From: Candidatus Bathyarchaeota archaeon
Lineage (GTDB): Archaea > Thermoproteota > Bathyarchaeia > Bathyarchaeales > Bathycorpusculaceae
Direction of reading: 5' to 3'
DNA length: 64,000 nucleotides
NCBI GenBank assembly: GCA_013388895.1
Contig: JACAEK010000052.1
Span: 6,684 to 70,683 of the forward strand
Shown one piece after another: positions 38,677-49,613 of the stretch; within the stretch, counting starts at the first letter, position 1; each line of letters starts with the position of its first letter. The notes under the pieces were generated by a model that had not been told where the DNA came from, did not search any database, and saw only the letters and a program-made list of their open reading frames with translations. A program made the translations under genes and the position numbers.

Positions 38677-41379
38677 CTACATGAATCTTTCAAGCTTTGT
38701 TAGGCCAATTATCTCGTCAAAATCCAAGTCCAACGCGTCTAGCACTTGGTCGAACGTTGAATGCAAATAGCCCACATACTTGTCAACATCAACCTCGCTG
38801 TTGGTTGCAAGCTCCACAGGCTTCACATGCGGATCTCTGACGACTTTGACGAAACTTATCAGGTCGCCTGCCCTCAATTCGATTCCATTTTCTTTCAAAA
38901 TTCTCGCGGCTTTAACATGTTGAGGCGTGGTCTTCGTATAATGGTCTGGTTCTTCGCCCAAAACCACGTTAAACGCCAAATCATTTAGGCTTTCCCATTC
39001 ACGCCTCTTCAAACACATATAGCAATCGCGAATGATTTCACTTATGTCCTTCTTCGCTTGTTCAAAATCTGGTGGCGTCTTGACTTTAGCCAAGCGTTCT
39101 TTCATTCTGTCAAAAGCCTTCTTAATGAATAGTGGAATGTTCCGCTTTTTGCCTGTTAAACCTTTGACGTCGACGCTTCCATCCTCTAAAACACCCAAAT
39201 AGTTCTTCTTTCGTTGGCTGAAAACAGCATATCTGTAAACTTTATCCACGTCCAAACTCATCTTTAACTCTTGTTCAGTCCACTGTGCTAATTGTGAAAT
39301 TTGCTCTTTTGATGGGTTTTTCAAAAAGAGACTGTCCGTATCACCATACAACACCTGAATGGCAAGCTGCTTTGCCCTGTTAAGTATCTGAGTTATCGTA
39401 TGCCTTCCAATAGCCGCTGTTGCTTCCGCCACGGGTGGACAGTAAAGGTCAAAACTGTCAGCGCCGAACACGCCATAGCTTGCGTTTAAAATCACCTTCA
39501 CAGCGCCTTGAATTATGTTATACCAACTTCTCAAATCAGCTGGTAACGCCTTTTCCTTAGATTTTTGCTTGTACCATTCCACCCGTAAATCTCTGAGCGA
39601 ACCAATCAATAGGCTTTCTAATGCCCGCTTTTTGGTGCAAACCCAATGAGAAGTGCCAGGCACAAGATTCGTGCGACATTCCGGATGCTGACACAGAATA
39701 GACTGATAACCTAGGTTCCAAACTTTTATTATTGATGGATATAGACTTGGAAAATCCATAACTGAGACATTAAAATGAACGCCAGGAATCGGGTCAACAA
39801 CTATTGCGCCTTTGTATTTTTTGCCTTTGATTATGGCCGTGGTTGTTGTTTTACCCTTTGCGGCAAGAATATCTTCTGCATTTGGGATAAGCAGGTTCCT
39901 TCTGCGATGCTCGCGATGCAGGAAATTTCTTATCCAACGTGAAACGCCCTGACGGCTAACATCTTCCATTGGCATGCTACTGATTCTGGCTAATACTAGA
40001 ATTAGTTTCATAACTAATTCGTCGTCAAAATCCGTAAGCATAAAAGCAATTTCTGAATCTCTAAAGCAGTATTTGGCAAGCTCTGTGTAAGTCAACTCGC
40101 CAAAGTTTTTCTCTAAACGTATCTTTTCCATTCTGACTAGGGCTTTGCCCACATCGTCAAGAGTTACGTCTCTATAGCGGTTGCTGAAGGCGTAAAACTG
40201 AATTGAACGGTTGAAGAAAAACTTGTAAAGGTCTATGTGCACACCATACCTTAGCAAGCAGTTGCGTCTGCCAACTTCTATTGGAACTTCATTTCTTCTT
40301 ATGCCAAGATTCAACGCTCTATACGTAAGATAGCGCAAGTCGAAATCGTCACCATTAAAAGTTATGACGAAGGGATAACTCCACAAAACATCGAAGACAG
40401 CTTGGATGAGCTTCTTTTCAGAATCAAAATATTCCACACTCACATCAGCAGGCAAATGCTCATTTCCCTCTCGAACGCCATCCCTTTTCAAGAGAAAAAC
40501 TCGCCGCTGCCCATCTGATCCACAAAACGAAACACAGATAATCTGACATGAAGCTTCTCTAGGATCCGGCATCCTCGTAGGAATAGGCGCCAGAACCTCA
40601 ATGTCAAGGGCAACTCGCAAAAACTTCGGCGCAGGATACTCCAATAGCCTAGCCCACTGGTCAACAAACTGCAACTCCTCATCGGTGCAATCCTTGAAAA
40701 TCTCTTTTATGCACTTGACATTTCTTTCTGTTTCTTCCATGCTCTTCAGAATGAGCTTGCTGTCTCTTACTTCGTAAATCATTCCAGGCGAGAGCATTCT
40801 GTCGTAGATGTATGATTGGTAATATTTTATCCTCGATTCCCAAACCTTGATTTGTTCAGGAGAAACAAGAGTATCAGAAACATTTGGAAATTCCTTAGGA
40901 ATTATGTCCCGTATGCACCCAGTTGGACGACCGCCAATTGCCAACGGATCCTTCGCCACAATCTTGGTTACTTTAACATCTTTATTCAGTAACGGATCAA
41001 ATTTTTCTGCAAGTTCAAAATGGTCAAAACCAGGATGTTTTATCAAGCGGTCTATTTTCTCCAAGTCGTATTGTGAAAGATTCGTTAGGCAATATGGCAT
41101 GTGCCCAGTATTGTCATGCCAAAAAAAGATTTTACTTGAAACAGGCTCGTAAAGTTTGATAAGAGCCTTTCCAGCTCTTCCGTCGTATGTTGCTGAAACA
41201 AAATAGGAAGGTTGAAGTTTTTCAGGAGCTATCGGCGGAAACGTGTGTGTTTTTCTTTCTTTTGCAACTGCTACTGCTTCTGTGAAGGGCAGAGCTTTCG
41301 CTTCGTTTTCTTTTGAAAGTTTAGGTTCTACACGGAAGTCTTCTAAATGTCTCTGCGGCATCTCTTGTCCTTGACCCAA
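38677..41379 (-). CDS. polB1: Family B DNA polymerase, PolB1 (Dpo1 type)
   Basis: YDG..KLY..DNTGH-x-PY N-terminus, DIEV exonuclease motif, DFPSLYPS, K-x3-NASYG, YGDTDS, KKNY. Confidence 0.95.
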   Translation of the reverse strand: MGQGQEMPQRHLEDFRVEPKLSKENEAKALPFTEAVAVAKERKTHTFPPIAPEKLQPSYFVSATYDGRAGKALIKLYEPVSSKIFFWHDNTGHMPYCLTNLSQYDLEKIDRLIKHPGFDHFELAEKFDPLLNKDVKVTKIVAKDPLAIGGRPTGCIRDIIPKEFPNVSDTLVSPEQIKVWESRIKYYQSYIYDRMLSPGMIYEVRDSKLILKSMEETERNVKCIKEIFKDCTDEELQFVDQWARLLEYPAPKFLRVALDIEVLAPIPTRMPDPREASCQIICVSFCGSDGQRRVFLLKRDGVREGNEHLPADVSVEYFDSEKKLIQAVFDVLWSYPFVITFNGDDFDLRYLTYRALNLGIRRNEVPIEVGRRNCLLRYGVHIDLYKFFFNRSIQFYAFSNRYRDVTLDDVGKALVRMEKIRLEKNFGELTYTELAKYCFRDSEIAFMLTDFDDELVMKLILVLARISSMPMEDVSRQGVSRWIRNFLHREHRRRNLLIPNAEDILAAKGKTTTTAIIKGKKYKGAIVVDPIPGVHFNVSVMDFPSLYPSIIKVWNLGYQSILCQHPECRTNLVPGTSHWVCTKKRALESLLIGSLRDLRVEWYKQKSKEKALPADLRSWYNIIQGAVKVILNASYGVFGADSFDLYCPPVAEATAAIGRHTITQILNRAKQLAIQVLYGDTDSLFLKNPSKEQISQLAQWTEQELKMSLDVDKVYRYAVFSQRKKNYLGVLEDGSVDVKGLTGKKRNIPLFIKKAFDRMKERLAKVKTPPDFEQAKKDISEIIRDCYMCLKRREWESLNDLAFNVVLGEEPDHYTKTTPQHVKAARILKENGIELRAGDLISFVKVVRDPHVKPVELATNSEVDVDKYVGYLHSTFDQVLDALDLDFDEIIGLTKLERFM

Positions 41380-41433
41380 TACTTATTGTGCGAGATATAC
41401 TAAAATCTCTTGCTAAGCGCTACGGTTTGCTTT

Positions 41434-42636
41434 TCAGATGCTTTCGCTTCTGATTTTTTCTACGAGTTCTTTGACTGTTAATGTACCTATGTTACCTATT
41501 TCATGTCTTCTTATAGACAATTGCTTTGACTTTGCTTCGCGTTCGCCACAAATAGCCATGTATGGAATTTTCCGAGTTTCTGCTTCTCTGATTTTATAGT
41601 TGATGGTTGAAGCGCTGCTGTCAATCTCTGTCCTTACGCCACAAGCCTGCAATTTTTTGTGAATTGCCTGAGCATAAGGTAATTGCTTATCGCTGATGGG
41701 CAATATCCTTACTTGCGTAGAGGCAAGCCACGTTGGCAAATTCCCCTTGTAATGTTCTATGATAATGGCGAAAAAGCGTTCTATGGCTCCTAGAAGGGCT
41801 CTATGAATCATCAAGGCTTCATGCTCCCCTCCATCTGTGCTTGTATAAGTTACGTTGAAGCGTTTAGGCAGGTTAAAGTCGAACTGAATTGTGGAACATT
41901 GCCACTCTCTGCCCGAAGCATCGACTATGTTGATGTCAATTTTTGGTCCGTAGAATACTGCTTCTCCTTGCATTTCACGATAGGCTATACTCTTCTTCCT
42001 AAGAGCATTAGCCAAGGCTTTTTGTGCTATTTGCCATTTTTCTTCTGAACCCATATATCTTCTTGGCTGTTTTGGGTCTCTAGTGGATAGGTAAACATTG
42101 TATTTTTTGAAGCCAAACTTCCTTAGGATACGCTCCGCGAAATCCAGTAGCCTGACTATTTCGTCATCGATTTGTTCTGCTGTGCAGAATATGTGAGCAT
42201 CGTCTTGAGTGAATCCTCTTACGCGCAACAATCCGTGCAAGGTGCCAGACGGTTCATATCTGTAGACTGTTCCCCATTCTGCATATCTTATGGGCAAATC
42301 CTTGTAGCTTCTCGGCTTAGCTTTGTAAATCTGGATATGAAAAGGGCAGTTCATCGGCTTTACCACGTAGGATTCGCCTTCTTTTTCAAAGAGATACATG
42401 TTTTGTGCATAGTAGTCCAAGTGTCCAGAAACTTTCCACAGTTCTCCTTTCGCTATGTGTGGCGTGCAAACAAGCTGGTATCCATTTTTCAGATGTTCTT
42501 CTTCCCAGAAATCTCTGACGATTCTTCGAACCGCTACGCCTTTGGGATGCCAAAGAACTAAGCCTACGCCTACTTCTTCGCTTATGGAAAACAAATCCAG
42601 TTGTTCGCCTAAGACTCTGTGGTCTGAGTTCGACAG
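41434..42636 (-). CDS. thrS: Threonyl-tRNA synthetase, catalytic and anticodon domains only
   Basis: DHRVLG, SGH, KPMNCP, RYE, RVRGFTQDDAH, FYGPK, HRA; in-frame TAG at 42732-42730 excludes an editing domain; start uncertain (CTG 42636?). Confidence 0.88.
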   Translation of the reverse strand: MSNSDHRVLGEQLDLFSISEEVGVGLVLWHPKGVAVRRIVRDFWEEEHLKNGYQLVCTPHIAKGELWKVSGHLDYYAQNMYLFEKEGESYVVKPMNCPFHIQIYKAKPRSYKDLPIRYAEWGTVYRYEPSGTLHGLLRVRGFTQDDAHIFCTAEQIDDEIVRLLDFAERILRKFGFKKYNVYLSTRDPKQPRRYMGSEEKWQIAQKALANALRKKSIAYREMQGEAVFYGPKIDINIVDASGREWQCSTIQFDFNLPKRFNVTYTSTDGGEHEALMIHRALLGAIERFFAIIIEHYKGNLPTWLASTQVRILPISDKQLPYAQAIHKKLQACGVRTEIDSSASTINYKIREAETRKIPYMAICGEREAKSKQLSIRRHEIGNIGTLTVKELVEKIRSESI

Positions 42637-42890
42637 CTTTCTTTCCTTATTTTTATTTTCTGAACATTCCAGTTTTTCAGGGTTTTTAAGGGGTTTGCTA
42701 CTTTTTAGAAGTTGTTTAGGGTTGTGTTTCTAAATACCCCATTTCAAGAACCTCGACCATTCCAAGAGTGCATCATGCTATTTATCCTTTGTTCTGGACA
42801 AAATTTTGACGCACTCAGGCCTGGCCTCATAGGGAAATATCTTAAATCTATTCTGCATATTCTTTGTTGTTTCTGGACGTGTGAGATGCT

Positions 42891-44246
42891 GTGCTTAAAG
42901 AAGCGTGGATGCTTGCAATTGAGACTCTAAGTTGGATGGAAATGCGAAAACTCAGCGAGCGGTTGGCCTTATCCAAAACAGTCAAGCAATTAGGTGTAAA
43001 CGATGCAGACGCCGTGCGACTTGCGCACATGCTTTCTCTAGAGACCATCAGAAGACGAAACTTCATAGACACATTCATAAACAAGACATTAAAACCCCAA
43101 ACCATAAACGAATTCAATCTAGGCATTCAAGCCTTTTTGAGACTTTACGTCTATCAAACACGTATAGCCAAAAACTGGTCCAAAATCGATATTAAAGAAG
43201 CTCAGAACGTAGCAAAAATCGCCCGCTCCATTCTAGGCTGGAAAACTCTGCGAAAAGTTGAGCCTGTACTAGGTTTTTTGTTAACTCAAAAGCCGCATGT
43301 AATCTATGAAGGTTTAAGTGATGAAGAAAGAATTGGGCTTCAAACTTTCCATCCAACATGGTTCGTAAAATATTGTTTCAAACTTTTTGGAAGAAGAGAA
43401 GCCATTGCCTTTTTGGAGGGAAACATGCGGTCGCCGCCAACATACATACGGCTAAACACGCTTAGGGCAGGTGAGAGCGAAATTCTGGAAAAGATAACAA
43501 AAGATGCTATTCGAGTCAAAAAGGTTGAAGAACTAAAATATGCTTACAGAGTCGTCAGCACAGAGAAACCTCTAACACGTACCTTAAGCTTTCGCGAAGG
43601 CTTATTTTACATCCAAGACAAGGCAAGTTGTTTCGCAGCAGAAGCGGCAAATCCAGAATCTGGCATGACAGTCCTAGATGTATGTGCTGCGCCTGCAGCC
43701 AAAACCACTTACCTAGCGCAGCTCATGCATAACAGCGGCCACATCTATTCTATTGATTACTCAAAACGCAGAATGGATATATGGAAAAACGAAGTGGCCC
43801 ACCTGAATGTCGAGATTGCCACGCCGGTAATTGCTGACGCCTGTCATTCACCACCTCTGAAGATAGAAGCAGACATAGCTGTTCTAGATCCGCCTTGCAC
43901 AAGCACTGGCGCTTTTGGAAAGTTGCCTTCAGCCAAGTGGAGGCTGACGCGGCGCTCTGTGGATAAGATGGCTGAGATTCAATGGCAAATGCTGACTAGT
44001 GTTGCCGAAGCCATTAAGCCCGAAGGAACCTTAGTCTATTCTACATGTAGCGTAACAGTTGAAGAAAACGAGATGCTTATTGAACGATTCCTGAAGTGGC
44101 ATGCAAATTTCTCGTTAGCTGGAATAATGCCTAATATGGGTTTACCGGGGCTGAGAGGACTGGAAAAATGTCAAAGGCTTTATCCACATGTTCATGAATG
44201 TAATGGTTTTTTCATTGCCAAGCTCGTTAACGAGAAACTTGCATGA
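42891..44246 (+). CDS. RsmB/NOL1/NOP2 RNA m5C methyltransferase with NusB-like N-terminus
   Basis: IQDKAS, DVCAAP, DPPC, YSTCS, ENE, GFFIA. Confidence 0.92.
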   Translation: MLKEAWMLAIETLSWMEMRKLSERLALSKTVKQLGVNDADAVRLAHMLSLETIRRRNFIDTFINKTLKPQTINEFNLGIQAFLRLYVYQTRIAKNWSKIDIKEAQNVAKIARSILGWKTLRKVEPVLGFLLTQKPHVIYEGLSDEERIGLQTFHPTWFVKYCFKLFGRREAIAFLEGNMRSPPTYIRLNTLRAGESEILEKITKDAIRVKKVEELKYAYRVVSTEKPLTRTLSFREGLFYIQDKASCFAAEAANPESGMTVLDVCAAPAAKTTYLAQLMHNSGHIYSIDYSKRRMDIWKNEVAHLNVEIATPVIADACHSPPLKIEADIAVLDPPCTSTGAFGKLPSAKWRLTRRSVDKMAEIQWQMLTSVAEAIKPEGTLVYSTCSVTVEENEMLIERFLKWHANFSLAGIMPNMGLPGLRGLEKCQRLYPHVHECNGFFIAKLVNEKLA

Positions 44247-44249
44247 GTG

Positions 44250-45143
44250 TTAACGGGTCTTTTCTAAGAAGCACAGCATTTCAAAGATGATTTTTGCGGC
44301 TTGAATTGCCGTTGTTCCTTGGTCATAGTTTGGGGCAACTTCAACCACGTCAAAGCCTACCACGCGCTTGTCGCAGACGTAGTGCAGGATGTCTAACAAT
44401 GTATATGGTTCTAGTCCCTCTGCTTCCGGATTCTGTACGGCTGGAACATATGCGGGGTCGAGAACGTCCATGTCGATTGACAAGTAGAGATTCTCGTATT
44501 TTGCCAATTTTTGCTTTAACCGTTTTGCAATTTGTTTGCTTCCTTCTTCTCTAATCTTTTGAGTTGTGAAAAAGTCTATTCCAGCCTTTTTTGCATAAGC
44601 TAATTCCTCTTTGCAGACCGCTCTTGTACCGACTTCAATGATTTTCGCTGGTTTCACATGCTCACTTATTCTCCGCATAAAGGTCGTATGCGAAAGTTTC
44701 AAACCCATAAACTCGTTGCGTAAGTCGAGATGTGCGTCAAAGCTTATTATGGCTGTTTTTTGGGCTTTTTTTGCCATGCCTTTCATTACGCCTAGTGTGA
44801 TGGTGTGTTCCCCGCCAATTACTACAGGTATTTCTTGGGCTTCCAGAATGTCTTCTGTAACTAGTGCGGTTCTTTTCAATGTTTCTTCAGTATCTGTTGA
44901 TATGTGTAAGTCGCCTAAATCGTGAAGCTGCAAATCCTCCACATCAAATCCTGTTCGAAAACTATACGTTTCAATGTTAAGCGACGCCTGTCTAATAGCG
45001 CTGGGTCCAAATCTTGCACCAGTGCGATACGTGCTTGTAACGTCAAAGGGAACACCTAAAATGATGTAATTCGCTTTTTTGTAGGGTTTTTGGAAACCAC
45101 TGAAAACATTCGATTGCGAAACAAAAAGTTCATGATGACTCAT
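44250..45143 (-). CDS. speB: Agmatinase
   Basis: GVPFD, GARFGP, GGEH, DAHLD, SIDMDVLDP, VEVAP. Confidence 0.93.
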   Translation of the reverse strand: MSHHELFVSQSNVFSGFQKPYKKANYIILGVPFDVTSTYRTGARFGPSAIRQASLNIETYSFRTGFDVEDLQLHDLGDLHISTDTEETLKRTALVTEDILEAQEIPVVIGGEHTITLGVMKGMAKKAQKTAIISFDAHLDLRNEFMGLKLSHTTFMRRISEHVKPAKIIEVGTRAVCKEELAYAKKAGIDFFTTQKIREEGSKQIAKRLKQKLAKYENLYLSIDMDVLDPAYVPAVQNPEAEGLEPYTLLDILHYVCDKRVVGFDVVEVAPNYDQGTTAIQAAKIIFEMLCFLEKTR

Positions 45144-45220
45144 TTCTGTTTTACCCTCTGTGTCTGGCTTATTTTAGCCAGCGAAGTTCTAAACTCTTTC
45201 GTTTGCTACTGCAAGGTTAA

Positions 45221-45731
45221 CTAGTCTAAAACTGCAGCGCCCTTTTTGATTCTGAAGAAGTATACAGCGATACCCAAAAGAGCGGTTATGCCGCAAAATC
45301 CGTAAACGATACTGTAGCTTCCATAAGCAGGCAGCAAATTGACAAAATATTGCCCAACAACGGATAGAAAGGGTCCATTTCTTCGTAAAGAAACGAATCC
45401 AAAAACACATGAAAATAGACACCTGAAAACGATGTGAATAAAATTTTTTGAAAGAAAACTTCTGCGAAATCCTAAAAGTCATCATAATCTTATCTAAGAT
45501 ATTCCTGAGGGGAAAAACAGCTAAAGCCGCTAAAACAGCGAGGACTGTCGCGCCTAAGTAGGAGTGGAAAAAGCCGTGCAGTGGGTATCCAGAAACGTGA
45601 TAATATATAACATAGAGGGGCTCCAAATCTGGTATAATACTTGATACTACGAGGGTAGGCAGGTCAAATACTGCTAATAACGCTAGACCAAAAAACAAGG
45701 CTGGATCAAGATGAAGTGGTGTGAAAGGTAT
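45221..45731 (-). pseudogene. Membrane metal-dependent hydrolase-like pseudogene
   Basis: ATA-PFTPLH start, PDLEP, LHGFFHS; frameshift before HVFLDS..PFYP; second frameshift before IVYGFCG. Confidence 0.75.
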
Positions 45732-45829
45732 AGCAGTTCACCATCAATACAATGCATGTTAAAAGCTTTTAAACATTAAATTTATTAACAATGTTGCAAA
45801 TGCATTAGAGGTTAAAAGGCGGTTACAAG

Positions 45830-46189
45830 ATGGCATTTAAGTCTAAACTTAAAATGGAAAACATTGGGACATTGGCTGCTGTTGCTTTCTACACGGTTGT
45901 CGGGATAGTATGCTTCGCACTTTTGGTAATTGTTGATTTCCGATTGGTTCACATTGGCATAATTGGTATACTAAGCCTCATAACCGCATATGGGCTTGTT
46001 ATGAAGCGCAGGTGGTCAATTTGGCTGGTTATTATGCTCTTCTTTACTGCTACAACGTTTTCGGCTTACACTCTGTATTATTACGGTTTGCGAGACTTTA
46101 TTCTGGGCTTAAGTATGATTGCCTACCTGATTCTAACTTGGGTCTTCACGGCTTATACAGCAACAAAAAGGCAGATGCTGGAAGGTTAA
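45830..46189 (+). CDS. Small four-TM membrane protein
   Basis: Four hydrophobic segments. Confidence 0.7.
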   Translation: MAFKSKLKMENIGTLAAVAFYTVVGIVCFALLVIVDFRLVHIGIIGILSLITAYGLVMKRRWSIWLVIMLFFTATTFSAYTLYYYGLRDFILGLSMIAYLILTWVFTAYTATKRQMLEG

Positions 46190-46199
46190 CTAGAAGCTT

Positions 46200-47444
46200 C
46201 TATAATTTCAAAAGGCGAACCGTAACTTCTTCACCTGCGTCGATGAATTGCTGGTTTTCTGCTATTTCCACAAATCCGTCAGCCTTTGCAAGCGTTGTTA
46301 TTGCTCCCGAAAGCCCTTCCTGAACGGGCTCCGCTAGCAGCTGATTTAGCTTATCCCGTTTAAGCTTGACCATGACGAATGTGCGTCTTCCTTTAGCTGG
46401 AAACATCCTCATAGTGATGAATGCCTTAACCTCAAATGCCTCTTTCGCCTTCAATCCCGCCATCCTCTCAAGTATTGGACGCACAAGCAAATGAAAGATC
46501 AACAAACTAGACGTGGGATGACCCGGAAGCGAAAAAACAATCTTTCCATCTATCACCGCCGCTGTAGTCGGTTTTCCCGGTTTAACTGCAATTCCACAAA
46601 CAATAACGCCTGGCTTACCAAGAGCATCCAACGTTTGTGGCAACAAATCTTTTGGACCTACTGAAACTCCACCCGAAGTTATAACCATGTCTGCAGACTC
46701 CAACGCATGTTTTAGCGCTTTTCGCAATTCCATGGCTTCGTCTGGAACAACTTCGAAATAAACTGGTTCTGCGCCGCTTTCACGCACTGCTCCGCTGATG
46801 CTGTAAGCATTTATGTCGTAGATTTTGCCATAAGGCAACTTCTTGCCAGGATCGGTCACTTCAGCGCCTGTTGAAAGAACCGCCACGCGAGGAACAGCAT
46901 AAACTTTGACTTTTGCCAAACCTAACGCAGCTAAAACTCCGACTTCGCTTGAGCCGAGCAATTGTCCTGCACTAAGAATTTTTTCGCCCTTTTTTATGTC
47001 TGACCCGGCTTTCATGACGTTTCCACCCTTAGCCACAGCCCTGTAAACATAAAGCTCATCGTTTTTTCGTTCTGTGTGCTCAACCATCACAATTGCATCT
47101 GCACCTTCTGGCATCGGTGCTCCAGTCACAATTTCCGCTGCTTCACCATGCTTAACTGTTATTTTTGGCAATTCACCAACGTTAACTACTCCACAAATCT
47201 TAAGTTTTTTCGGTTTGTTCTCTTCCGCACTGTATGTGTCTTCTGCGTTCACTGCATAACCGTCAACTGTTGAACGATTGAATGGCGGAATATCGAGGGG
47301 GGCAATTGTGTCTTCGGCAAGGGCACGGTTATGGGCTTTCAAAAGCAGAATTTCTTCAACGCCTAAAGGCTTAGGTGTAAAATGCTTATTGATAATCTGC
47401 CGCGCTTCGTCAAGTGTTAGCAGTTTTCTGAACATTACCATCAA
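46200..47444 (-). CDS. moeA: Molybdopterin molybdotransferase MoeA
   Basis: [32 protein letters not shown]. Confidence 0.94.
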   Translation of the reverse strand: MMVMFRKLLTLDEARQIINKHFTPKPLGVEEILLLKAHNRALAEDTIAPLDIPPFNRSTVDGYAVNAEDTYSAEENKPKKLKICGVVNVGELPKITVKHGEAAEIVTGAPMPEGADAIVMVEHTERKNDELYVYRAVAKGGNVMKAGSDIKKGEKILSAGQLLGSSEVGVLAALGLAKVKVYAVPRVAVLSTGAEVTDPGKKLPYGKIYDINAYSISGAVRESGAEPVYFEVVPDEAMELRKALKHALESADMVITSGGVSVGPKDLLPQTLDALGKPGVIVCGIAVKPGKPTTAAVIDGKIVFSLPGHPTSSLLIFHLLVRPILERMAGLKAKEAFEVKAFITMRMFPAKGRRTFVMVKLKRDKLNQLLAEPVQEGLSGAITTLAKADGFVEIAENQQFIDAGEEVTVRLLKL

Positions 47445-48676
47445 CCTGCTTCAACATTATCAAATAAATGAACTGAAACAGATTCGCCTTCTGCCAAGCC
47501 TTCCCGATTTTCGGGAACAACAACATAACCATTTGCCCTTGTCATAGTAGAAATTATACCAGAGCCCCGAGTGCTGATAGGCTCTGCGAAAAATTCGTCA
47601 CGTGGGAAAACGTGAACGCGAATGAAAGTTTTCCTTCCAAGAGCAGACGTGACTTTTTTCGTAATTTTTGCTCTCATAATTGGTCGAGTCTCTTCTTTTT
47701 TCAGCCCCAGCAATTTACATATTAGTGGTCTGGCGAAGACTTCAAATCCAAACATGGCGGCAACAGGATTGCCTGAAAGAATAATTATAGGCTTTGCGTT
47801 TGCAACCGCAAGAGCCGTTGGCATGGCTGGTCGCATGGATACTCCGTGGACAATAACGCCGGGTTTTCCAACCTTGTTAATAGCCTCTGGAACTAAGTCT
47901 GAAACTCCCACGCTTGTTCCGCCAGTAGTTATCATCGCATCAGCCATTTCCAAACCCTTCTTCAATCTTTCACAGATTTCGTCAAAGTCGTCTTCTGCAA
48001 TTCCCAAATCTACTGATTCGGCATCTAATTCGCGACATAAAGCAGAGATAACAAGCCTGTTAACTTCAAACACCTGACCTTCTCGCGGTTTGCCATCAGC
48101 GTCTACGAGTTCGTTTCCTGTGGCTAGCACTGCAATCTTTGGCTTCTCAAAAACTTGGGCTTCGCTGATTCCTAAAGCACCTATTAACCCTAGATGATGA
48201 GGTTTTAGGCGTGTTCCAGCTTTCACGGCAACCTCGCCCTTTCGAACGTCTTCACCCTTTTTAGAAACGTTTTCACCTGGAGTTAGTGAAACCCAGACCT
48301 CAATTTTGTCACCTACAAGCTTAACATTTTCAAGCATAACAACAGCATTAGCCCCTTTGGGGATGGGATTTCCCGTCCATACTTTCTTTGTCTGTTTTTC
48401 GCCCACTGCGGTTTTATCTATTAACTGGAGAGTTTTCGGCTTGAACTGCGACGCCTTAGAAGTATCCTCAGCTCTAACAGCATATCCATCAACAGCAGAC
48501 CTGTCAAATCTTGGCAAATCCTCTTCTGCAATAACGTCCTCTGCTAGAACTCGATTCAAAGCAGAGTGTAATGGAATGCAAGTAGTCTTTAGCTTTTTTA
48601 TCTGTATTTTACCAAAGAATATGTGTAGAGCATCATCAACCGATGTTAGTTTTTGGAATCCTTTAAGCCTCACCAA
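47441..48676 (-). CDS. moeA: Molybdopterin molybdotransferase MoeA paralog
   Basis: RSAVDGYAV, TG-x-PIP, TGNEL, TGGTSVG, SGNP. Confidence 0.94.
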   Translation of the reverse strand: MVRLKGFQKLTSVDDALHIFFGKIQIKKLKTTCIPLHSALNRVLAEDVIAEEDLPRFDRSAVDGYAVRAEDTSKASQFKPKTLQLIDKTAVGEKQTKKVWTGNPIPKGANAVVMLENVKLVGDKIEVWVSLTPGENVSKKGEDVRKGEVAVKAGTRLKPHHLGLIGALGISEAQVFEKPKIAVLATGNELVDADGKPREGQVFEVNRLVISALCRELDAESVDLGIAEDDFDEICERLKKGLEMADAMITTGGTSVGVSDLVPEAINKVGKPGVIVHGVSMRPAMPTALAVANAKPIIILSGNPVAAMFGFEVFARPLICKLLGLKKEETRPIMRAKITKKVTSALGRKTFIRVHVFPRDEFFAEPISTRGSGIISTMTRANGYVVVPENREGLAEGESVSVHLFDNVEAG

Positions 48677-48735
48677 ACTATTTACCCATGAGAAGCTTTG
48701 AAAACCGGATAAAAAATGTATCGCATCAGCACAGC

Positions 48736-49599
48736 CTAATTCATTAGTTCTTTTCTGACGAGGTCCCGCATTCTAATGGCGTCCAAATCTAAAATGGGGC
48801 TCTCGCTTATGATAACTGGCTTAAGACGATATTCAGCTATGACTTTTGCCAGCATTCTAAAGTCCGGTCCGTAGCGCTTTTCATCCAGTATGTGATGGCG
48901 TCTTTCGCCTTTGCTCGTAAATTCGACTTTTGCGAAATGGCAATGCAAATTTTTGATAGCTTCTGTTCCAAGTCTATTCTCAATTTCGTCAACGACCCTG
49001 CGAAAATCTTCAACTGTTCCGAATCGCCCCCTGTCTCTTGCATGCAAATGTGACCAATCAATTACTGGCTGCGTCTGTTCAACTGTTTCGCACAGGTTTA
49101 TGACTTCTTCTAGACTTCCAAGTTGTGTGCGTTTTCCCATGGTTTCAGGACCAATTTTGACATTATTGATTCCTAGACTTTTCATGGTTTCAACTGTTCC
49201 TTTCAATGCTTTTACACAAGTGGCGAAGGCTTCTCTTTTCAATCTTTTGCCATAAAACCCTGAATGAAAGACCACGACGTATGCTTTCATCCATTTTGCC
49301 GCAGTGACACATGCGAGTAGGCGCTTTTTGCTTGCTTCTATTATGGCTTTTTCGCCGCAGAAATTTATGAAGTATGAGCCATGGAGACTAAGTAAAACAT
49401 CGTTTTTTGCAGCCTCCAAACCAAGCTTTTCTGCATCTTCCCTCTTCAGCTGAGGATTTGCACCCCAACGAACCGCTTCATACTCGAAAGCATCAAGCCC
49501 CTCCTTCTGTAAAAGTTTAGGGACATCTGCTAGTGTTGCTTTAAACATTCTAAAAAGTGGAGGGACGCCTGCTGGACCAAACCTGGGACGGTCAGCCAT
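48736..49599 (-). CDS. nfo: Endonuclease IV (AP endonuclease family 2)
   Basis: FGPAG, H-x2-YFIN, FH-x-G, PETMG, DWSH, HCHF, ISESP. Confidence 0.88.
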   Translation of the reverse strand: MADRPRFGPAGVPPLFRMFKATLADVPKLLQKEGLDAFEYEAVRWGANPQLKREDAEKLGLEAAKNDVLLSLHGSYFINFCGEKAIIEASKKRLLACVTAAKWMKAYVVVFHSGFYGKRLKREAFATCVKALKGTVETMKSLGINNVKIGPETMGKRTQLGSLEEVINLCETVEQTQPVIDWSHLHARDRGRFGTVEDFRRVVDEIENRLGTEAIKNLHCHFAKVEFTSKGERRHHILDEKRYGPDFRMLAKVIAEYRLKPVIISESPILDLDAIRMRDLVRKELMN

Positions 49600-49613
49600 T
49601 TAGGAGCGCCTCT

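Noticed and set aside
46200..48676. Tandem moeA duplication as a novelty
   Set aside because: Two adjacent moeA paralogs are common in archaea
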